Assembly (NCBI GenBank): GCA_937625935.1
Contig: OW569367.1
Location: forward strand, 248,001-312,000
Length of the DNA stretch: 64,000 nucleotides
Direction: 5' to 3'
Source: Tetramitus jugosus
Lineage: Eukaryota; Protista; Heterolobosea
Shown in pieces: positions 35,246-44,859 of this stretch. Position 1 is the first letter of the stretch. Each line of letters starts with the position of its first letter. Made by a program: the position numbers and the translations under genes. Under the pieces are notes generated by a model, which was not told the DNA's origin, ran no database searches, and worked only from the letters and a program-made list of their open reading frames with translations.

Positions 35246-35619
35246 ATGAGCGCTACAGTACGTTATCTTTGGTCTATCCATCCAGTCAGACTTGTTGTTG
35301 TTGTACTCACATTCTCCCTTTTTTGTCTGTGTTTTTGTAATGTGCACTATGATAGCAATACGCATGGATTTTAACAAAGGTCTCCAAGGTTGACAAGCCA
35401 TGGCACATTATCATTCTTATCATCAATATCATTTTCCCAGGTGTTGGTACCATTATTGCTGCTTTCATGGATGAGAGAAGCGACAAGAACATGGTTGAGA
35501 CCTTGTTGATTGGTGTCGCTCAACTATTGTTGAGCGTCTTCTTGGTTGGATGGATCTTCAGCATTGTTTGGGGATACTTGATTTACCAAAGATCATCTGG
35601 CTTGCTATCAATTGTCTAA
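35246..35619 (+). CDS. SPEC3/Stum-family small membrane protein, copy 1 (91 aa); exons 35246..35257, 35356..35619
   Basis: Not in the ORF track. Intron 35258..35355 (GTACGT...TAG). Product MSATQYAWIL...INIIFPGVGTII...GVAQLLL...GWIFSIVWGYLI... Confidence 0.85.
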
Positions 35620-35962
35620 GGTGGTGTTGTGTGTGAGCTAGCAATAGCTTGCAAGAACCTGTCAATTGACTTGGTCATTTGTATCTACGATAGGAACAAC
35701 TTCCATCAAGGATTCGTTATGTAATAAAATAAAAACCTTTATTACAATGACTCCCTTGTCATACAGTACAGTATTGAACACCACGTTCTGAATCCCATCT
35801 ATCGTAGTTGCAGCTACGTCGGGTCTTCATTGCCTTGAAACGGTGTTTCGATTGATTCGTGAAGTTTGACACATCTGCCAACGACGACCTCGTCATTCAA
35901 TTCCCTGCCCAACAACAGATTTTCGAAGTTGGAAAAAAGCAAAATCTCACACGATAACATCC

Positions 35963-36366
35963 ATGGTCAAGAATAAGATAAAGGAGAAGGTTGGCACAGC
36001 CAAGAAAGCCTATGTATGTGAAAGCTTCAAAAAATACGAAAAAAAAACTAACAGAAGCTGAAACTGACACCTGTTATTGAAATCACGTAGAAATATAGAT
36101 GGATATTTAAAAAAGTTCCAAAGTGCTCTCCACCTTTGCACATTATCTGTTTTTTGCTTAATATTTTCTTCCCTGGCATTGGTACACTGCTAGCTGCTTG
36201 TTATGATAGGAGATTGAGTGGAAGTACGGGTGAATGTTTGTTGATTGGTTTGGTTCAGTTGTTGTTGGCCCCTCTGCTGGTTGGTTGGATTTTTAGCATC
36301 GTTTGGGGTTATCTCATCTACAGGAAATCGAGAAGTTGGATTTTGCGCAACTTGTCTCCATTTTAG
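35963..36366 (+). CDS. SPEC3/Stum-family small membrane protein, copy 2 (108 aa); exons 35963..36013, 36091..36366
   Basis: Intron 36014..36090 (GTATGT...CTGAC...TAG). NIFFPGIGT...GLVQLLL...GWIFSIVWGYLI. Confidence 0.85.
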
Positions 36367-36767
36367 AGCTTGACAGTTGAGAGAAGAAGAAGAAGCTTTT
36401 TATGCTACCAAAAAAGATTACGATTTCAAATGGATCGATATGTATATGCCTTGAACAAAGGTAAATGAATTGAAAAGGTCTGCTCATGAGGCAGCTGCTT
36501 GCTTATTGGTGATGTTTTTACTGTTCTCCCTCGTTTCTTCTTATCTCGAAGAAATATATGATCAATAAAGCTCTTCACCATCTGGTAAGTGATAATCTTC
36601 CGATTTTGTTCCGAGCTGTGCCTGCAAACTCTAGTTTTTGATAGATCAACTGCATGACTCGGCTCAACTTGAAGAGTTAAGATATTTCCTCTCAGAGCTT
36701 AACAAAAAGTACCATCTAAGTATGGAGCTTCTCTCTGGTGCAGGAACGAAAGACTTTCTGTATGGAA

Positions 36768-37772
36768 TTAGGTGTGAAGTGATATCAAAGCAATGCACCT
36801 TTGATAATTGGCTTGATCATGTTTCAGGCCATAGAGGTACGCCAACCTCGTCCAAAACTCCTTCTTGACCTCATCAATATCTAAATTATTCTTCTCCAAT
36901 AGTTCCATCGGGCAAGAGTCAGACAAATCTAAGCACTGTTCAATACGGTCAATCTCTTCATCAATCACACCTACGCTTGTATTCCCTGTAAAATGAAGCA
37001 AATAGTCAGTTGTTAAAATTCCGAGCGCCTGAGCCGTAAAAGCTTTTGCGCGCTCATATTCTGTAAATCCCTGAGCGACTGATCGTCTCTGTCGCAATAG
37101 GTAGGCAATGACACCAGAGCATGTCAGTATAGTGACGGCACCGGCCACGATTCCAATCCAAGCAGAGATGTTGACCCACAGTCCCTTCTTCAGTCCAGTG
37201 ATGAACCAAATCAAGCAACAAGCCAATACTAACGCAAGTGCAATAACAATGAATGCAATGGGAGCAAACAACAATTGAAGCATTGGAACTACTCGTTCTT
37301 CTTGTTCTTGTTGAATCTGCTGTTCTAGCTCTTGTTCCTCCATTTGATCCATTTCTAGCTCTGCACGTGACCCAAGAGCTCTTGTACTTGTTGGACTCTG
37401 TAGCTCTTGGTGTTGGTTAGTGTGGCTCAGTCGATTGTGCCATCTCCTGATACGATCATTGGCCTCTGAGATTGAATCGTCATCATCATCGTCTTCTGAT
37501 GAGCTTGTTCCGGCGTAGTTGTCATTTTCATTTGAGCGGGTGTCGGCATTCGCGGGGTATTCAGCGTTTGTGCTATTTTCATCATTGTAATTGTGCTGGT
37601 GACTGTCGCTGTCAACTTCCTCATCATTGTGCCGTAAAACAATCTCGCGGTCGTTGTCTGTCTCAGGTTCAAGTAATTGCATCTTTTGTTTGTGTTTTTC
37701 GTATGATTGGTCTGATTGAACCACTCTATTTTTGTCTCTGTTGTTCCTTTTTCTCCCAAAGCGACAGCTCAT
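36768..37772 (-). CDS. Hypothetical two-pass membrane protein with an acidic N-terminal region
   Basis: 334-aa ATG ORF with two long hydrophobic segments. Confidence 0.7.
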   Translation of the reverse strand: MSCRFGRKRNNRDKNRVVQSDQSYEKHKQKMQLLEPETDNDREIVLRHNDEEVDSDSHQHNYNDENSTNAEYPANADTRSNENDNYAGTSSSEDDDDDDSISEANDRIRRWHNRLSHTNQHQELQSPTSTRALGSRAELEMDQMEEQELEQQIQQEQEERVVPMLQLLFAPIAFIVIALALVLACCLIWFITGLKKGLWVNISAWIGIVAGAVTILTCSGVIAYLLRQRRSVAQGFTEYERAKAFTAQALGILTTDYLLHFTGNTSVGVIDEEIDRIEQCLDLSDSCPMELLEKNNLDIDEVKKEFWTRLAYLYGLKHDQANYQRCIALISLHT

Positions 37773-37952
37773 GCAGGTGTTGGCTTGGTAACATCAAAGA
37801 GATTGTTGTGATGCTTGACTTCAGGAAATGACACGCCTTGGGCCAAAGAATAGATTCTTGCTAGCACCATATGGTCCATCAGAGATCTGAGCAGAAAATT
37901 CAAGCAAGAGATTTTTCGTAGCCTAAAAACAGCAAGGAAAAAACCAAGAAAG

Positions 37953-39323
37953 ATGTCATCCACAACAAGATCAACAACAAGATCTTCAGACAAGCCATTC
38001 TCTCTCGTAATCTTTGGGGCTACTGGGTTCACAGGTCAACTCATCACTTCTCGTTTGCTCCAAAACGAAGAAGTTTCTGCAAAGAAGCTCAAAATTCTCC
38101 TGGCAGGCCGCAGCGACACCAAATTGAAGCAATTGGTGAAAGGAGATGAAAAGAATGCACATTTGGTGGACTTTTGTGTAACTTCTGTTGATGATGATGA
38201 GTCATTGGACAAAATGACTGCTCAGTCAAAGGTCATACTGAACTGTGTGGGTCCGTTTAGCAAGTACGGAGAAGCTGTTGTTCAGAGCTGTCTGAGAAAC
38301 CATTGTCATTACTTGGATATTACAGGTGAGCCAGCTTATATCCAGACCTTGATATCCAAGTATGATGAGGTAGCCAGATTGAAAAAGATTTGTTTGGTCT
38401 GTTCGTGTGGTTTTGACAGTATTCCTGCAGATATCGGTGTTTTCAATGTGTTGAAGCAAGTATCACTGTTTAATGATTTGGATGATGACAAAAACACGGG
38501 ATTTGTTGCTGTCAATGGCTATTTGAAGTTGAATATGCCTGGTTTGATATCCTATGGAACTTATCACACTGTTGTCACTTCTCTGGATAACCTTTCATTG
38601 TTTGGCAGTGGAAAGAACACCAAGCAACAAAAGACCAATGAAAACAAGAAGCAGAAGAAGAAGTCTATTCTGAAACGTGGTATTCGTTGGGAGCCAAGTG
38701 TCAACTCATATGTTGTTCCTTTCTCAACAAGTGATCCAACAATTGTAAAACGATCGGCTGAAGTTCTGGGCTACATGAATGACGGAGCAATTCCATTTGA
38801 GTATGGCCACTACCTTCAGATCCAGAAGTGGTACAATATTTTACTGCTGTTGGTTGTCATGCTCTTCCTCTTGTTGGTCACTCGATTCTCTTGGGGAGCA
38901 AAGTTGTTGCTCAAGTTGTGGAGACAACCTGGTGAAGGACCATCCGAAGAAGATCGTAAGAAGTCATCATGTGAATTGACATTTGAGGGTATTGCTACTC
39001 ATGAGAAGACAATTCAAACGGTTACCGGAGCTTGTGTGATTGCAGGTGATCCTGGTTATGACGAGACTGCACACATGGCACTCCAAAGTGCGTTGCTCAT
39101 GAATGAATTATATGGCGAGGAAGATGTGAATGAAAGTGAGAGAAGATATGGTGTTTTGACTCCAGCTCCAGTATTTGGTCAACAAATTGTGGACAGATTG
39201 CACGACAATAGCAAGGTTCGATTTATTGTGAAGGAAAACAAGACCATCAAAAATACCGATCCTTCATACGTGGAAGTCAGACGAGAGGTAGAACGCCTGA
39301 CAAACATTAAGAACTTTGAGTAA
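37953..39323 (+). CDS. SCCPDH: Saccharopine dehydrogenase-like oxidoreductase
   Basis: VIFGATGFTG, NCVGPF, YLDITGE, CGFDSIPADIG, PGEGPS, DPGY and GVLTPA. Confidence 0.9.
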   Translation: MSSTTRSTTRSSDKPFSLVIFGATGFTGQLITSRLLQNEEVSAKKLKILLAGRSDTKLKQLVKGDEKNAHLVDFCVTSVDDDESLDKMTAQSKVILNCVGPFSKYGEAVVQSCLRNHCHYLDITGEPAYIQTLISKYDEVARLKKICLVCSCGFDSIPADIGVFNVLKQVSLFNDLDDDKNTGFVAVNGYLKLNMPGLISYGTYHTVVTSLDNLSLFGSGKNTKQQKTNENKKQKKKSILKRGIRWEPSVNSYVVPFSTSDPTIVKRSAEVLGYMNDGAIPFEYGHYLQIQKWYNILLLLVVMLFLLLVTRFSWGAKLLLKLWRQPGEGPSEEDRKKSSCELTFEGIATHEKTIQTVTGACVIAGDPGYDETAHMALQSALLMNELYGEEDVNESERRYGVLTPAPVFGQQIVDRLHDNSKVRFIVKENKTIKNTDPSYVEVRREVERLTNIKNFE

Positions 39324-39571
39324 ATATGAATAATTCACATTTCCGAGGACAATGTTTTATTGTATTTAGTCAATGGACATAAAGCCCCAGAGCAAGATGC
39401 GTTGGGGATACACGTACTTTGGCAGTTGAAGGGGTACTGTTCATATATTCGTTCTTTGCTGTTTTGATGATATTTCCTTCCAATTTGTTAAGGCTCCTGC
39501 AAACTACCGTAAACCCTGGAAATTGGCAGGATTTGTGGAAAGAATTTACTTTACATTGTGTATGAAAATAT

Positions 39572-41119
39572 TTAGTTGGTATGCTTGGCTCTGTTCAACC
39601 GCAAATGGGATCCCAACAAATCATTGGTGGCGATTGCACTCATCAAAGACAACTCACCAGCCATCACAGTGGCACACACAATTCTGGCCAAGGTCTGTGC
39701 GTTCTGTCCTGGAACATCACAAGATCCCTTGACACCTAGCATCTCCAAGCAAGCGGATTGAGCAGCCAAGTTTGTGCCACCACCAACAGTGCCCACTTCA
39801 ATCGATGGCATTGTGCATGTCATGTACAGATCACCCTTTTCAGTTTCTTCAAATAGTGTTATACAATTGGATGACTCAACGTTTTGAGCTGGATCTTGAC
39901 CGCATGCAATATAAATTGCAGTGACAATGTTAGATGCATGGGCATTGTTTCCACCAATGCTACCAGCCAATGCAGAACCAATCAGATTCTTTGATATATT
40001 GAGGCTGACCAAATCAGACACCTTGGCTCTTCCCTTTAGCAGAAACTTTTCAACGACTTTTCTTGGAATGGTGGCTTCACACACGACAGACTTTCCTCTA
40101 CCATCGACCCAGTTGAGGCCACTAGGCTTCTTGTCAGTACAATAATTGCCAGAAAGACCAAGCAACTTCATATCTTCAAAGTGAATGTTAATTTCTTGGA
40201 GTGCCTTTGTGACAGCCTTTGAAATCATGTTCATTCCCATCGCATCACCAGTCTTGCACTTGAAACGCAAAAAGACCTTTCTTCCGGCCATACCAATCTT
40301 GATTTCAGCCAAGCGACCAAAACGAGATGTGCTATCAAAAGCAGACTTAATAAGAGCAAAGTTCTCTGGTGTTTCAATCCAAGTCTTGAGCTCATTGGCA
40401 CGGAGAGCACTAGGCATATCGATAGCAGGACCACGTGTCATTCCATCCTTTAGCAAAACACTGACAATTCCACCTTCCAATGACTGAGAGAGTGCCTTGG
40501 CACCTCTATGTGTGCTAGCAACGAGACATCCCTCCGTAGTAGCCATAGGAACAAAGTAGGACTTTCCATCGAGAACGACAGGACCAACAGCACCAACAGG
40601 AATTGGAACGTAACCAATCACGTTCTCACAGCAAACACCATGAACTTGATCATAATTGTAGTTTTCATATGGCAGAGTGCTCATGACATCCTTTTCCGTA
40701 GAAATTTTGGCGGCAAAAAACATGCGGCGAATACGAACGGCGCGAGATTTGTCGCTCAAAATATTTTCGAGCTCGTAATGAGGCATTTGGTTCTTTTCCA
40801 ATAAATTGAAGATTTCACCGTCAGTCATCTTGTTTACAACCTCTGGCTTGAGTGGTTGTGGCTTTGTTGTGGTATTGGCCATGCCTTGCTGCTGTTGCTT
40901 CACCATTTCCATTGCCAATTTGACTTCTTCTATTTGTTCGGCATCTGCAACGAATTGACATGTTTGTTTGGTATTGTCTACACCAGTGGTGGAGGCGACA
41001 GTACTTGTGCTCTGGAAACGAACTGTTGCCATGGTAGTGGATGTCTGTTTCTTCACCCAGCAGGCAGCAGTGCGATTGGACAAAAGCTTAAGAGTGGAGG
41101 AACGAGGGCGAATCATCAT
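39572..41119 (-). CDS. HMGR: Class I HMG-CoA reductase lacking the membrane domain
   Basis: CCENVIGY, PMATTEGCLVAS, DAMGMNM, GNYCTDKKP, GQDPAQN, GTVGGGT and VMAGELSLM. Confidence 0.96.
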   Translation of the reverse strand: MMIRPRSSTLKLLSNRTAACWVKKQTSTTMATVRFQSTSTVASTTGVDNTKQTCQFVADAEQIEEVKLAMEMVKQQQQGMANTTTKPQPLKPEVVNKMTDGEIFNLLEKNQMPHYELENILSDKSRAVRIRRMFFAAKISTEKDVMSTLPYENYNYDQVHGVCCENVIGYVPIPVGAVGPVVLDGKSYFVPMATTEGCLVASTHRGAKALSQSLEGGIVSVLLKDGMTRGPAIDMPSALRANELKTWIETPENFALIKSAFDSTSRFGRLAEIKIGMAGRKVFLRFKCKTGDAMGMNMISKAVTKALQEINIHFEDMKLLGLSGNYCTDKKPSGLNWVDGRGKSVVCEATIPRKVVEKFLLKGRAKVSDLVSLNISKNLIGSALAGSIGGNNAHASNIVTAIYIACGQDPAQNVESSNCITLFEETEKGDLYMTCTMPSIEVGTVGGGTNLAAQSACLEMLGVKGSCDVPGQNAQTLARIVCATVMAGELSLMSAIATNDLLGSHLRLNRAKHTN

Positions 41120-41360
41120 GATGTCAATAAATGCAGGTGTAAGAGTAGTGGTCGCTTTTTGTCACACAATGAATCCAATTCTGTTGTTGTTTGAAATGTT
41201 GGCTGTTGTCTTTTGTGTGTTGGTGGACATCCTGCTTGATCCCACACCAACGAAGGAGGAGCGGCAAATCGGATTAAATCGGGTGTCGGAAAAAGTAGTT
41301 TCACACACGTTCTTTATCATCAACACTCAGAAAAACAACAATTCACGAAACACGACGACA

Positions 41361-41753
41361 ATGACAAGCTTTACACGAAAGGAATACGATCTGTTGAACC
41401 TCAAGAGAGGTGGAGATGAGTCAACGAACAATGTGACTCAAAATGGTCCAACTGAACCAATCACAAATAACAACAACAACGAAATCAATAAGACGAATGA
41501 AGTGCACACTGAGGAAGTAGACCTTAACTTGAGTAAAACCAGCAACGACGTCAACACGTCTCAGAACAACACCAGTACATTTACTGAAGAAGCTGCACCA
41601 GTCTCCTCGAAGAAGAGTGGAAGAGTGTTGTCTATTTTGACACCACCTGTGGAAGCTGTTGTTGGTGTTGGTTTCCTGTTTGTTCTCTGTTTCTTCTTCC
41701 GTGAAGAAATAAGCTTTTTGTTGCCAGGCACCAACAAGAAGTCAGAATTATAA
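41361..41753 (+). CDS. Small protein (130 aa) with a single near-C-terminal TM segment, tail-anchor-like
   Basis: ACAATG start after an A/C-rich leader; polar body followed by AVVGVGFLFVLCFFF. Confidence 0.65.
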   Translation: MTSFTRKEYDLLNLKRGGDESTNNVTQNGPTEPITNNNNNEINKTNEVHTEEVDLNLSKTSNDVNTSQNNTSTFTEEAAPVSSKKSGRVLSILTPPVEAVVGVGFLFVLCFFFREEISFLLPGTNKKSEL

Positions 41754-42118
41754 AATTATGGAGGAGGAAGTGTTGAAAAAGAAGATACGTTCACATGATG
41801 TGATGTGATGCGAAACGGAAATTGGCGCCAAAAAAATTTACATGATTCTTTCTCGGTTTGACTCAAGAACGCGGCAAAGCTTACGTGTAAAGAGTAGTAG
41901 GTGCCAAACAAACCACTAGCATGATTAACTCAAAGTGATCGTGTTGTCTCTATCGATTCTCTCTCAAAATTGCCCTTATTCTATCATAGTACTATTGGTT
42001 GGGTGATATCATCCATCGTTTCATTTTACCAGTTGTTGATGATATGAGTTGTGTTTTTGGTTCTATCTAGAACAAGACAACCCAACACCTCTCTGTTTAT
42101 TTATCGTCGGTAAAGTTC

Positions 42119-42274
42119 TCATTTGTGTTTTGACATCCCTACTGTGGGGCACAATGGATCTTCATCTGTCTGTGCGAGATGACCGTTGACATGTTGTCTT
42201 GGAAAGTCCAAGCGAAAATGTTCTATTTTTGATATAAGTTCGGTATATTCTGAATCTCTCAGTTCGATACTCAT
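42119..42274 (-). CDS. Possible 51-aa small protein
   Basis: ATG preceded by the typical leader AAAAACTAACAAGCAAATCAAA; no homology recognised. Confidence 0.25.
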   Translation of the reverse strand: MSIELRDSEYTELISKIEHFRLDFPRQHVNGHLAQTDEDPLCPTVGMSKHK

Positions 42275-42542
42275 TTTGATTTGCTTGTTAGTTTTTAGGT
42301 CTCGACAACATTCCATAATTTACATTTTTTTTTCGTACACCAAAGAAAAAAACAAACACACAACAAACGTTTCATTTGCCAGAAAAAAGCTCACGCGCCA
42401 AAACAAATATTTCTCCATTGCCAAAACGCGTGTTTGTTTCCACACTCTTATAGACCCATCTATCTCCAAACACATTATCCATTTTACCTCCCAACCAAAA
42501 ACAAAACTAATTAACCATCCCTGTACATAAGGACATCCAAAA

Positions 42543-44690
42543 ATGTTATATAGCACGAACCCAGACAACATTGACCTTGAAAGTAGGAGTATTCATTCTT
42601 CCGATAGTAGGAGTAATAGCCATAGGAGCGACGACGTCCAAGAGTCGACAAGTGAAGCAATGTTAGCCAATAACAATGACCTCGCAAGTTGCACAGCCAA
42701 CGATGACGACGACGACTATTACTATCAGCGCTACTATCAACAGAATAAACAAGCGAATCACTTGTTGCTCTTACAACACTTGCAAATCAATTCATCATCG
42801 AAAAAGCTTGCAACTAACAACAATGATCACTTGACTGCTCACTCTACTAATACGAATATGAATACTAACAATAGCAGCCATAATGATCACGGCAACAAGT
42901 CTGTTGTTGCTCCCACTTACCACAAGCCCTCCAAATCTAGCTCAGAAACCAAAAACACTATTCTTTCCAACAAGCATCGCTTGTTCAGTATTTTCCTGAC
43001 TGGTCCTCCAGGTGCAGGCAAGGTATGTATAGTTGAATAACCCACGCACTCTCTTTTTTATTTCTTTTACTACTTTGTTGCATGCGTGTACTAACCCTAA
43101 CCAAATTGAATTTTATCACAAAAGACGACACAACTTCAATTGCTGCAAGACTATGTATCAAACGATTGTGAATTGGTGCTCAGTCAGAACAAGGCATTGA
43201 AAAAGGAGGCCAAACAGGCCAATGTCCGATTCAAGGTCAGTTCAAAGAAACCAAAGAAGCAAGCTTTACTCAATGCACTCATGCAACAAGGAAAGTTATG
43301 CTGTAGTCAATTGGTTAGACATCGTATAGAGTCGATATTTACTCCAAAGAACAACAATGTGAGCACCACTGACACAACAACAACGACGAATACGATGACT
43401 ACAACCGATACGACAGCTACGAATACCTCCCTGACAACAACAACCACTACAACAACCTCAACCTCTACAATGACGACAACAATGACAACGACAACAGAAG
43501 AAGATCAAGGTTATGTTGTCACTTCACCACCCTCACCCAAATCTACAGCTTCCTCACTCTTCTCGTCCTCCTCTTATTCGTCAATCATGTCTCCCATGTC
43601 GCCCATTTCCTCATTACCCAACTCTCCATCATCTCCTACGACTACTACTGCCCCTAATAGCATGATAACTGCTGCTGCTGATGTTGCTTCTGATGCAGAT
43701 CATTGTGGTGAATCATTGCCATCTCCCCCATCTCCCTCATCTGATACTGCTGCAGATGGTGAATCATCCGTGAAACCTACTGTGTGGGTATACAGCAGAG
43801 GTCCATCCTCCATGGAACAAGCCAAATATCTCTATGATTACTATGGTATTGCACCAGACATGTACATTGTTCTGGAGGTGAATTCTGTGCAGAGTCTCAT
43901 TGATCGTGTCAAAATGCGTAGAATTGATCCTGTGACACAAAAAACGTATCATTTGAAGCATGATAAGCACTTGTTGATGGATGAGGAACTGAGAGGGCGA
44001 TTGGTGCACAGGAATTGCGATGATGAGCGCTTGTACATGAAGCGATTAAGCAATTACAAGAACAGGATGGAACCAGTCGTTTCATACTATGAAGAAGAGG
44101 TCAATCCAGCCCATCGCGATGACCCTACTGGTAAGAGAGTAGAGATTGTAAGAATAGATGCCAGTAGGAGTGCTCGAGAAGTGTGGGCCGATGTCGAATA
44201 TCACATTCAAAGAGTGATGAATAGGAGAAAGTTTTCACTTCCAACAAAGAAGCGCAACCATCACAGCCACAAACAAGACCAACAACGAACACCACAAGAA
44301 CTCCAAACAACCACAACTCCATCCACAAATGCACTGCCTGTGAATCGACCAGAGTACACTTTAAGTAGGAGCTCTGATCATCCGGCTAGTGAGTCCAACC
44401 ACTATCACCAAGATGATGACCTATCGACGCAAGCATCGAGTCAAAACAGAGAACAGGAAATGGATGACGATGAAGGTGAGGCACCTATATCTGAATGCAC
44501 TTCTTCCTCCTCCCTGTCTAGCGAGGACGACGATGAATGCTGCAGTGACGAAGATGACGCTGAGAGTGTAAACAGTACGGTGGAAGGCGATCCACAAAAC
44601 AACTCAAATTCCCACAACGCCCTGTTGCCCGCTTCGCAATCATGCAAGACAAATCAATCGTACAGTTCCTCGTCAACCGTTGCTGTTTAA
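42543..44690 (+). CDS. Divergent adenylate kinase-like protein; exons 42543..43022, 43125..44690
   Basis: Intron 43023..43124 (GTATGT...TACTAAC...AAG) restores the P-loop GPPGAGK|TTQ. LID-like RRIDPVTQKTYHL...RLVHRNCDD...KRLSNY. Confidence 0.8.
43365..43497 (+). repeat. Imperfect ACN trinucleotide tract encoding poly-Thr within the adenylate kinase-like gene
   Basis: Visible ACA/ACG/ACT/ACC run. Confidence 0.7.
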
Positions 44691-44859
44691 AACGCGCCAA
44701 CCTGTCGGGATATCACCAATAAATTATCGTTATTGTATACGGAAACTATTTAATCTTTTCATGCTCCGCTTCTTTTCGCACAAACCAATGAAGTGTTCTT
44801 CGTTTTTAGGATTGGATTCGCGAAGAAAGAGCTCCCAAAGCAAGGAAGAGTGAGTTGTG

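Noticed and set aside
36638-36868. Plus-strand 76-aa ORF overlapping the 3' end of the 36768..37772 gene
   Set aside because: Non-ATG start and no recognisable homology.
40968-41360. N-terminal extension of ORF 40968 overlapping HMGR; likewise the extensions at 20673, 32345, 47631, 50184 and 57391
   Set aside because: These use non-ATG or poor-context starts that translate A/C-rich leaders. Homology, or a better start context, begins at the downstream ATG.
43091-43102. CTAACCCTAACC telomere-like repeat
   Set aside because: Only two units, and they coincide with the intron branch site TACTAAC.
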